Of a stretch of DNA of 21,359 bases, positions 1 to 7,096 are shown one piece after another. Origin of the DNA: Candidatus Aenigmatarchaeota archaeon (GTDB lineage Archaea; Aenigmatarchaeota; Aenigmatarchaeia; CG10238-14; SCSR01); assembly GCA_038998625.1 (NCBI GenBank), contig JAWADS010000008.1, forward strand, positions 1 through 21,359, read 5' to 3'. The notes beneath the pieces are model-generated. The model saw only the letters and a program-made list of their open reading frames with translations, was not told the DNA's origin and did no database searches. The translations under genes and the position numbers were made by a program. The number at the start of each line of letters is the position of its first letter. Positions within the stretch are counted from its first letter, which is position 1.

Positions 1-102
1 GGAAATGTGTTTCTTAGATAAAACTTTTGCAACTTTAAATATCGAATCTTCAGGTTTAAAACAAATAATTTTCTTATGCATATAATCTTTAACTTTTTTC
101 AT
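1..102 (-). CDS. CBS-domain protein, N-terminal part (runs off window)
   Basis: Manual translation from ATG at 102: MKKVKDYMHKKIICFKPEDSIFKVAKVLSKKHIS, a typical CBS-domain start (KVKDxM...PEDS.....L....IS); not in ORF track. Confidence 0.75.
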   Translation of the reverse strand, partial: MKKVKDYMHKKIICFKPEDSIFKVAKVLSKKHIS

Positions 103-144
103 TTTTCTCTAAAAGTATTTATTCTTTTTATTAATTAGTTTTTT

Positions 145-525
145 ATGATGGAGCAATTGAAATTAAAGAAAAGGGCTCCGAAGTCAGAAATAACGAAGAA
201 AAGAAATGAAATGCTTATAATTATTTTTAAAAAATATTATCTAGAACATAATTATAATCCCAGAGAATTTTCGATATATGATTTGCAATCTCAAACTTCT
301 AAAAGTATAAATGAAATAAGAGAAGCCCTCAAATTCTTTTATAAGAAAGAAATATTGACAAAGGTAAAGAGACAGCACCCCTATAAAAATGGGACGCTGT
401 ATTTTTATTCTCTAACTCAAGAAGCATGCCAAGCTATTCAGGAATTGCTGGAAAAATATTCGAATAAAATAAGTGATATTACCTATGTAGCCATTTTAAG
501 AAAATATGGGAGAAAAAATTTCTGA
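145..525 (+). CDS. Hypothetical protein, probable winged-helix DNA-binding fold
   Basis: 126-aa basic ORF; helix-turn-helix-like segment (SIYDLQSQTSKSINEIREALKFF) followed by wing-like 'YFYSLT'. Confidence 0.5.
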   Translation: MMEQLKLKKRAPKSEITKKRNEMLIIIFKKYYLEHNYNPREFSIYDLQSQTSKSINEIREALKFFYKKEILTKVKRQHPYKNGTLYFYSLTQEACQAIQELLEKYSNKISDITYVAILRKYGRKNF

Positions 526-575
526 AATATGCAGCAAGAGAATAGTAGGCATGAGTGTAATCATGGGGCTAAAAT

Positions 576-905
576 TTATCTAACTTTGCTTCCTTCAACT
601 ATATCTTTTTCAGGTTTTAACAAAACTACATTGCCAGCCTCGTCTTCTGCTGCGAGAATCATACATTGACTCTCCTCGCCCATAATCTTTCTCCTCTCTA
701 AATTTACTATGAAAACAAATTTCTTTCCCTCTAGCTCTTGTGGAGAATAATAGTCTTTTAATCCGGCTATGGCTTGCCTCTGCTCTGCGCCGAAGTCTAC
801 AATAAGCTTGTAGAGATGTTTAGATTTTGGGATTTCCTCAACTTTTACAACCTTTCCAATTCGAATATCAAGATTTTGAAATTCTTGAAAAGAAATTTCT
901 ACCAT
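576..905 (-). CDS. Stand-alone tRNA-binding OB-fold protein (MetRS C-terminal domain/Trbp111/CsaA-like)
   Basis: Motifs ISFQEFQNLDIRIGKV, LYKLIVDFG, NLERRKIMGEESQCMILAA; starts 1 nt after the metG stop. Confidence 0.9.
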   Translation of the reverse strand: MVEISFQEFQNLDIRIGKVVKVEEIPKSKHLYKLIVDFGAEQRQAIAGLKDYYSPQELEGKKFVFIVNLERRKIMGEESQCMILAAEDEAGNVVLLKPEKDIVEGSKVR

Positions 906-906
906 A

Positions 907-2409
907 TTATTCTACTTTTTTAAACAAATATTCCCCTCTTTTTATTTTTTCTCTAAATTCTTTTCTAAATTTACAACTTTTTAAATTTTTTATTTTTGTT
1001 CCCAATTGTTCAGATATTTTTTGAGCTGTGGTGGGTAAGAAGGGATATATTACAATAGAAATTATTCTACATGCCTCTAGCAAGTTATACAAAACGCTCT
1101 CTAGTTCTTTACCTTGAAGTTCCCATGGTTTTTTGTCGTTTATATATTTATTGCATGTCCTAACAAATTCCATGATTTCGTTTATAGCATTATGCAGCTC
1201 TAAATTTTCCATATATCTTTCAATTTTCTTTAAATCAAATTTTTTATCCAATTCTTTTCTACCAGAAAATTTCTTAAAACCAGATTTTTCAGCTAGAGTT
1301 AAAACGCGATTGATTAAATTTCCCAAATCTCCTAGAAGTTCACCATTGTGCCTATTTTTCAAAGCTTCTTCCGAAAAATCACCATCTTCTCCAAATGGAA
1401 TTTCCCTAATCAAAAAATATCTTACAGAATCTACAGAATATTTTTTACTTAACTCTAAGGGATCAACCACATTTCCTAAACTTTTACTTATTTTTTCTCC
1501 ATTTACTGTGAAAAAACCGTGGGCAAAAACTTTTTTGGGTAATGGAATACCAGCTGAAAAAAGCATAGCAGGCCATAAAGCACAATGGAATTTTATGATA
1601 TCTTTACCCACTAAATGTAAATCTGCAGGCCAGTATTTTTTAAACAACTTTTCATTGCTCCCGTAGCCTATACCAGTTAAATAATTTATTAATGCATCGA
1701 ACCAAACATACAAAACTTGAGAATTGTCAATTGGAACAGGAATTCCCCATTTTTGGGTTTGCCTAGATATAGAAAAGTCATCAAAAGCAGTTTTTATATA
1801 TTCAATAATTTCATTTCTCCGCGCTTCAGGTTGAATAAATTCTGGATGTTTTTCTATGTAATCTAAAAGTTTTTGTTTATACTTACTCGCTTTAAAGAAG
1901 TAATTTTCTTCTTCTAAAATTTTCGGTTCGGTTTTGTGGATGGGACATTTTCCTTCTATCAATTCGCTTTTAGTCTTAAAAGCCTCGCAACCTACACAAT
2001 AATAACCAACATATTTTCCTTTGTAAATATCTCCTTTCTTGTAAACTATTTCAAAAAATTTCTTTACCCCCTTTTTATGTCTTTCTTCTGTTGTGCGAAT
2101 AAAATCATTGAACTGCAATCCTAGCTTTTCAAAAGTTTCCCTCCAAATTTTGGCCATTTTATCTACATATTTCTGAATATCAGTTTCTCCATGCTTCAAA
2201 GCCGCTTCAACATTTTTTTGAGAATTTTCATCAGTTCCAGTTAAAAAGAACACGTTATAACCTTTAAGTCTAAACCATCTAGTCAAAATGTCAGCCACTA
2301 ATGTAGTGTAGAAATGACCTATATGCGGGGCATCGTTTACATAATAAATAGGAGTAGTTATATAAAACTTAGGTTTCTTTTTTGCTGCCTTAGATTTTTT
2401 CTCATCAAT
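907..2409 (-). CDS. metG: Methionyl-tRNA synthetase, short form with one Zn knuckle; true start uncertain (about 2405-2415)
   Basis: Frame stays open upstream of the called GTG (2298) and encodes KFYITTPIYYVNDAPHIGH (HIGH motif); also LTGTDE, YCVGCE...CPIH, LYVWFDALINY, KISKSLGN. Confidence 0.95.
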   Translation of the reverse strand: MDEKKSKAAKKKPKFYITTPIYYVNDAPHIGHFYTTLVADILTRWFRLKGYNVFFLTGTDENSQKNVEAALKHGETDIQKYVDKMAKIWRETFEKLGLQFNDFIRTTEERHKKGVKKFFEIVYKKGDIYKGKYVGYYCVGCEAFKTKSELIEGKCPIHKTEPKILEEENYFFKASKYKQKLLDYIEKHPEFIQPEARRNEIIEYIKTAFDDFSISRQTQKWGIPVPIDNSQVLYVWFDALINYLTGIGYGSNEKLFKKYWPADLHLVGKDIIKFHCALWPAMLFSAGIPLPKKVFAHGFFTVNGEKISKSLGNVVDPLELSKKYSVDSVRYFLIREIPFGEDGDFSEEALKNRHNGELLGDLGNLINRVLTLAEKSGFKKFSGRKELDKKFDLKKIERYMENLELHNAINEIMEFVRTCNKYINDKKPWELQGKELESVLYNLLEACRIISIVIYPFLPTTAQKISEQLGTKIKNLKSCKFRKEFREKIKRGEYLFKKVE

Positions 2410-2450
2410 GAAAATCCCTAAAAATACTCTTTAGTTTTTATATTTAAATT

Positions 2451-2681
2451 TTATCTTCTTTTTCTATAAACCAAAAAATAATAGAGTAAAGCGCCCAATA
2501 TATTGAGAAAAATAAGGACCAGAACCCATATAAGCCTATCTTCTAATTTTTTTCTTACTAAAACATCAATCAACATTTTGAGCCAGAAAACAAAAGCTAC
2601 AATAAGTATTATAAGCCAAAATACAAAAAAAGCCCCAAAAGGTAAGAAAAGCCAATTCCAGAGCCAAAAAATATTAAACAT
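2451..2681 (-). CDS. Small membrane protein, PLDc_N-like
   Basis: 76 aa, hydrophobic helices, WVLVLIFLNILGALLYY followed by a basic tail. Confidence 0.65.
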   Translation of the reverse strand: MFNIFWLWNWLFLPFGAFFVFWLIILIVAFVFWLKMLIDVLVRKKLEDRLIWVLVLIFLNILGALLYYFLVYRKRR

Positions 2682-2704
2682 AAATAATTATTACACTTTA
2701 ATAT

Positions 2705-3367
2705 TTAAATACCAGTGAATTTTAAGCCAACATAAGGAACTTTATTCTTTTGTTCTAAATAAAGAAGCAAAGCTGTTAGCTGCTCCACTATTCTAGAATT
2801 TTCTAAGGGTCCACCATCTATAGCTCTTACTCCTTCAATTTTTTCCACGAGCTCCATTATAACTTTTTTTGCATCTTGATGATCTGAGCAGACTACAACA
2901 TCACAATCTACTGGCTTATTTAAGTCATGTAAAGCTACAGAACGAATATTATTTAAAGCCTTAACCCATTTTGCATCTTTTACACAATTCCTACAAAATT
3001 CTATTGCAGAACCTTCCCAAAGTTGAATGTTTTTGGTGTAATCTCCAGTTAAAAAACCTGCTAGTGGATTTGTAACATCTACAACAATTTTATTTTTTAA
3101 ATAAGGCTTAATGTCATTCAAAATGTTTGCTAAGGCGTGCAAAGGAACAGATAAAATTATTACGTCCCCATTTTTTGCTGCATCTTTGTTAGCCATACCA
3201 TCTACATCTGCATTTTTAACCATTTTCTTAATTTTTAAGGCCGCTTCCTGAGCTCTTTTCTTATCCCTAGAACCTATTAAAATTTTCTCTCCGGCTTTAG
3301 CTAGCCTTAAAGCAATACCAAACCCTTGCTCACCAGTGCCGCCAATTATTGAAACTATTCTAGACAT
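2705..3367 (-). CDS. npdG: NADPH-dependent F420 reductase (F420H2:NADP+ oxidoreductase)
   Basis: IIGGTGEQGFGIALRLA, IGSR, VDVTNPL, DVVVCSD, IDGGPLENSRIVEQLTALL, GLKFTG motifs. Confidence 0.85.
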   Translation of the reverse strand: MSRIVSIIGGTGEQGFGIALRLAKAGEKILIGSRDKKRAQEAALKIKKMVKNADVDGMANKDAAKNGDVIILSVPLHALANILNDIKPYLKNKIVVDVTNPLAGFLTGDYTKNIQLWEGSAIEFCRNCVKDAKWVKALNNIRSVALHDLNKPVDCDVVVCSDHQDAKKVIMELVEKIEGVRAIDGGPLENSRIVEQLTALLLYLEQKNKVPYVGLKFTGI

Positions 3368-3476
3368 ATTATTTTTAATTTTTAATTAATTCTTTATTAA
3401 TAAATTTTTAAAATCTTTGTAAGCCAGAAAAACTAAAATTAAGTTAAATTAAGAAAACAATTAAATTTACAAAATT

Positions 3477-3797
3477 TTATGGTCTAACAATAGTTGCAAA
3501 TCTTGGGGTAACAACTAGATAACCTTCTTCCGTTCCTGCCATATCAAAACCATAACTCTGGCAAACTCTTTTTAGTTTTTGAACAGACATTTGAAAAGCT
3601 CCTAAATCTTGTTTTTGTATTTGTTTAGTTTTAACGAATAAAATATTTCCTTGTTTCAAATATTGTACAAACCTATCTATATCTGCTGTGCCTGTTAGAT
3701 TCTCTACCCTTATGTTAATTTTTTCCAAAGGCTCTTGTTCTTCAGGATATTCTATAACATCTTCTTCTTTTTTTCTAAATATATCCAACAGCCCCAT
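3477..3797 (-). CDS. sepF: Archaeal cell division protein SepF
   Basis: N-terminal amphipathic MGLLDIFRKK, core GNILFV...KLKRVC...GFDMAG...YLVVTP. Confidence 0.75.
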   Translation of the reverse strand: MGLLDIFRKKEEDVIEYPEEQEPLEKINIRVENLTGTADIDRFVQYLKQGNILFVKTKQIQKQDLGAFQMSVQKLKRVCQSYGFDMAGTEEGYLVVTPRFATIVRP

Positions 3798-3870
3798 GGA
3801 AATCTTATATAAATAATAGTTGTTTATAAATTTATATTTTTCAAATTTGCTAATTAAATTCTTCGAAAAA

Positions 3871-3976
3871 TTACAAAGAAGGACCTCGCGCCTATATTCT
3901 TTGTTTTATATCTCGCGCGAGGTGGACCGCCCAGTGGAGCGTAGCGAACGAGCGAAGCGAGTGAGCGACCAATAAA
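3871..3976. repeat. Dispersed structured repeat, copy 1 (106 bp)
   Basis: 105/106 identical to 9529-9634; stem ACCTCGCGC(3883-3891)/GCGCGAGGT(3915-3923); 13-bp-period GAGCGNAGCGA-NN units at 3937-3968. Confidence 0.97.
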
Positions 3977-3980
3977 AATC

Positions 3981-4259
3981 TCAATGTCTAATTTCAAAAT
4001 CAATAAACCCATAAGGACTTTCTTCTTTTACCTCAATTCTGCTAACATTTGCCAGTTCTGGACCCTTTTTACAAAATTCAAGGATTTTATTAACAGAATT
4101 TTCACTTCCTTCAAAAATCGCTTCTACTGTTCCATCTTCTGCATTCCTAACCCAACCTTTTATATCCAATTTTTTAGCAAAGCTTCTTATATAATGTCTA
4201 AAGCCTACGCCTTGCACAAAACCATGAATTTTCACAAACACACATTTTAGCTCGTCCAT
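3981..4259 (-). CDS. acyP: Acylphosphatase
   Basis: HGFVQGVGFR, GWVRNAEDGTVE, GPELANV motifs; likely start ATG 4259 (92 aa), since the longer ORF overlaps the divergent gene at 4308. Confidence 0.93.
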   Translation of the reverse strand: MDELKCVFVKIHGFVQGVGFRHYIRSFAKKLDIKGWVRNAEDGTVEAIFEGSENSVNKILEFCKKGPELANVSRIEVKEESPYGFIDFEIRH

Positions 4260-4307
4260 AATTTTACTTAACAAAAAAATATTTAAAAAGGTTGTGAAAT
4301 AGATTTT

Positions 4308-4484
4308 ATGGTAGAAGAAATTAAGGGGAAAAATAAAAAATATTATGCTTGCGAGGTTTGCGGGTTTGTTTATGATAATAAACAAATTGCAGAAAAATGT
4401 GAAGATTGGTGTTCTAAGCACAGCACGTGCTCTCTTGAAATAACAAGGTTTGCTTTATATAGAAGTAGGCAAGATATAAAATAA
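4308..4484 (+). CDS. Small Cys-rich zinc-finger protein (58 aa)
   Basis: Manual translation MVEEIKGKNKKYYACEVCGFVYDNKQIAEKCEDWCSKHSTCSLEITRFALYRSRQDIK; CxxC plus CxxxCxxHxxC; first gene of the + strand cluster; not in ORF track. Confidence 0.75.
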   Translation: MVEEIKGKNKKYYACEVCGFVYDNKQIAEKCEDWCSKHSTCSLEITRFALYRSRQDIK

Positions 4485-4494
4485 AGGGGGTAAA

Positions 4495-4740
4495 ATGAAA
4501 GAAGTTATATTGGTTAAAACAAAATGGTGTCCATATTGTCCCAGTGCTTCTACCCTTTGGAAGGAGTTGAGTAAAAAGTATAAGTTTAATTATAAAGAAG
4601 TTGATGCCGCTTCATCAGAAGGTCAAGAGCTTGTGAGCAAGTTTAATATAATGGCTGTACCCACCACTATCATTGACGGAAAAGTTGCTTTTGTTGGCGT
4701 GCCATCAAGGGAAAAAGCAGAACAAGCTATAAAAAGTTAA
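4495..4740 (+). CDS. Thioredoxin/glutaredoxin-like protein
   Basis: WCPYC active site, AVPT cis-Pro motif, 81 aa; G-rich RBS upstream. Confidence 0.92.
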   Translation: MKEVILVKTKWCPYCPSASTLWKELSKKYKFNYKEVDAASSEGQELVSKFNIMAVPTTIIDGKVAFVGVPSREKAEQAIKS

Positions 4741-4749
4741 GGTAATGAA

Positions 4750-4911
4750 ATGGTGAGTAAGAAATCTAGATCTAAAGGAGAAACTCAAATTATAAAAATT
4801 GAGGGAAAATATTCGCAACTAATTTTTGAATGCGCCATTTGCGCACGAATTTACAACAAACCTGGAATATGTGACATTTGCAAAGTTACTCTAAAACCTA
4901 AAGGAGGTTAG
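4750..4911 (+). CDS. Small zinc-ribbon/heavy-metal-binding-like protein (53 aa)
   Basis: Manual translation ends FECAICARIYNKPGICDICKVTLKPKGG; CxxC-x9-CxxC; fills the gap between trx and trxB; not in ORF track. Confidence 0.7.
   Translation: MVSKKSRSKGETQIIKIEGKYSQLIFECAICARIYNKPGICDICKVTLKPKGG
4901..4908 (+). promoter_or_regulatory. Shine-Dalgarno site for trxB
   Basis: AAGGAGGT 8 nt before ATA 4917; the same motif and spacing occur at 17557-17564 before ATG 17573. Confidence 0.7.
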
Positions 4912-4916
4912 ATTAT

Positions 4917-5933
4917 ATAGAAGTTTATGATGTAATTATCATTGGAGGTGCAGCTGCAGGTCTAACCGCAGCCATTTATTCAGCTAGAAGAAAAATGTCA
5001 ACTCTTATCATAACAAAAGATGTTGGTGGGCAAGTTTTAGGAACAGATGTTGTGGAAAATTATCCTGGCTTTTTATCTATTTCTGGAAAAAACCTCTCAA
5101 TGAGAATGATGAAACAAGCTATAAAAGCTGGCGCGCAGTTGATTCAAGATGAAGTTATTGGAATAGAGGAAAATGGAAAAGAGGAAAATTTTCCTATTTA
5201 CATAGTAAAGACTGCTAAAGGAAACGAGTATAGGGCAAGAACTATTATTTTAGCTTATGGTAAAACTCCTAGAAATCTAGATGTACCAGGGGAGGCTGAG
5301 TTTGGTGGAAAAGGAGTTTCTTATTGTGCAACTTGCGATATGCCTCTTTTCAAAAATAAAACTGTTGCAATTGTTGGTGGTGGCAACTCAGCTTTTGATG
5401 CAGCCCTTTATGCCAGTAAGATTTGCAAAAAAGTTTATTTAATCCATCGAAGGAAAGAATTTCGAGCTTTTGAATATTTAATTGATCAAGCTAAAAAAAG
5501 ACCAAATATTGAGTTTTTGCTCGACACAATTGTTACCGAAATTTTAGGTATTCAGCATGATGGAGCAGCTAGGGTTACAGGAATAAGAATAAAGAATGCT
5601 GAAACAGGAGAAGAGAAAATTATTGATGTAGATGGAGTCTTTGTTGAAATTGGAAGTGTGGTAAAAATCGATATGATAAAGAATTTGGTTAAATTGGATG
5701 AAAATAATCAAGTCGTGGTTACTAATATGCAAGAAACTTTTTATCCAAATTCTGACGAAATTAGGCCAGGAATTTTTGCCGCAGGTGATTTAACCAACAC
5801 GCCAGTAAAACAATTAGTTGTATCTGCAGCTGAAGGTTGCAAAGCTGCCATGCAAGCATATAATTACCTCCATAATCTTACTCCCAAATTCATTGCTGAT
5901 TGGGTTGCTAAGAAGCATGGGGGAAAAGAATAA
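4917..5933 (+). CDS. trxB: Thioredoxin reductase, probable ATA start
   Basis: FAD-binding N-terminus EVYDVIIIGGAAAGLTAAIY lies in frame upstream of ATG 4995; GVSYCATCD, VGGGNSA, HRR, GIFAAGD motifs. Confidence 0.93.
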   Translation: MEVYDVIIIGGAAAGLTAAIYSARRKMSTLIITKDVGGQVLGTDVVENYPGFLSISGKNLSMRMMKQAIKAGAQLIQDEVIGIEENGKEENFPIYIVKTAKGNEYRARTIILAYGKTPRNLDVPGEAEFGGKGVSYCATCDMPLFKNKTVAIVGGGNSAFDAALYASKICKKVYLIHRRKEFRAFEYLIDQAKKRPNIEFLLDTIVTEILGIQHDGAARVTGIRIKNAETGEEKIIDVDGVFVEIGSVVKIDMIKNLVKLDENNQVVVTNMQETFYPNSDEIRPGIFAAGDLTNTPVKQLVVSAAEGCKAAMQAYNYLHNLTPKFIADWVAKKHGGKE

Positions 5934-7093
5934 TGAATATAAGAAAGGAAGCCTTAAAGCTACATAAAAAGTTTAGAGGGAAAATTGAGATCAAAAACAA
6001 ATTTCCCATTAAAAACCAAAAAGATTTGTCTCTAGCTTATACCCCTGGAGTCGCAGAAGTTAGTAAGGAGGTAGCAAAAAACTCTTCTCTTGCATATTAT
6101 TACACATCCAAATGGAATCTCGTTGCTATAGTTACAGATGGTTCAAGGGTTTTGGGTTTAGGTAATATCGGCCCCTTGGGAGCATTACCAGTTATGGAAG
6201 GCAAAGCTTTGCTTTTTAAATATTATGCTAATGTAGACGCCTTTCCCATTTGTTTAGCTACGCAAGATACAGAGAAAATTGTAGAAACTGTTAAAAACAT
6301 AGCTCCAGTTTTTGGAGGAATAAATTTAGAAGATATAGATGCTCCAAGATGTTTTGAAGTTTATGATGGGCTTAGAGATTTAGATATACCTGTTTTTCAC
6401 GATGATCGCCATGGTACGGCAGTAGTGGTTTTGGCTGGATTAATTAATGCCTTAAAAATAGTGAAGAAGGATTTTTTTGATGCAAGAATAGTTATCGGAG
6501 GAGCAGGGGCTGCAGGTATTGGAGTAGCAGAGCTTTTGGTATATTATGGTTTTAAAAATTTGATTTTAGTGGATTCTAAAGGAATCTTGTATGAAGGAAG
6601 AAAAAATATGGATAAGTATAAACAAGAGATTTCTAGGGTTACTAATAGAGAAAAAATTAAAGGAAGTCTAGAAGAAGCCTTAAAGGAAGCAGATGTTTTC
6701 ATTGGTTTGACAGGAGTTCCAAATTTAATTAAAAAGGAAATGATAAAATCAATGAATAAAGATGCGATTATATTCGCATTGACCAACCCATTTCCAGAAG
6801 TCATGCCAAGGGACGCGATTTCAGCGGGGGCTAAAATAGTTGCTACAGGAAGGTCAGATTTACCTAACCAAATTAATAATTCATTAGCATTTCCTGGAAT
6901 TTTTAGAGGAGTTCTAGATGCTAGAGCAAGAAGAATAAATGAAGATATGCAAATAGAAGCAGCAAAGGCCATTTCAAATATGGTGAAAGAAAAAGATTTG
7001 AGAAAAGGAAAAATAGTTCCAGATATGGTTAAAAAAGATGTGGCAAAAATTGTTGCTAAAGCCGTTTATAGAGTTGCAAAAAATAGAGGTTAA
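5933..7093 (+). CDS. NAD(P)-dependent malic enzyme
   Basis: LSLAYTPGVA, VTDGSRVLGLGNIG, PVMEGKA, INLEDI, FHDD, GAGAAG, NQINNSLAFPG. Confidence 0.95.
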   Translation: MNIRKEALKLHKKFRGKIEIKNKFPIKNQKDLSLAYTPGVAEVSKEVAKNSSLAYYYTSKWNLVAIVTDGSRVLGLGNIGPLGALPVMEGKALLFKYYANVDAFPICLATQDTEKIVETVKNIAPVFGGINLEDIDAPRCFEVYDGLRDLDIPVFHDDRHGTAVVVLAGLINALKIVKKDFFDARIVIGGAGAAGIGVAELLVYYGFKNLILVDSKGILYEGRKNMDKYKQEISRVTNREKIKGSLEEALKEADVFIGLTGVPNLIKKEMIKSMNKDAIIFALTNPFPEVMPRDAISAGAKIVATGRSDLPNQINNSLAFPGIFRGVLDARARRINEDMQIEAAKAISNMVKEKDLRKGKIVPDMVKKDVAKIVAKAVYRVAKNRG

Positions 7094-7096
7094 GTT

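Noticed and set aside
550..565. Small inverted repeat CATGA-N6-TCATG between convergent genes
   Set aside because: A 5-bp stem is expected by chance; too weak to call a terminator.
4260..4421. 54-aa N-terminal extension of acylphosphatase
   Set aside because: Overlaps the divergent Zn-finger gene; ATG 4259 gives a normal-length enzyme.
4903..4911. C-terminal Gly-Gly of the 53-aa protein as a ubiquitin-like/sulfur-carrier tail
   Set aside because: No beta-grasp fold is evident, and GGA GGT doubles as the trxB Shine-Dalgarno site, which explains it.
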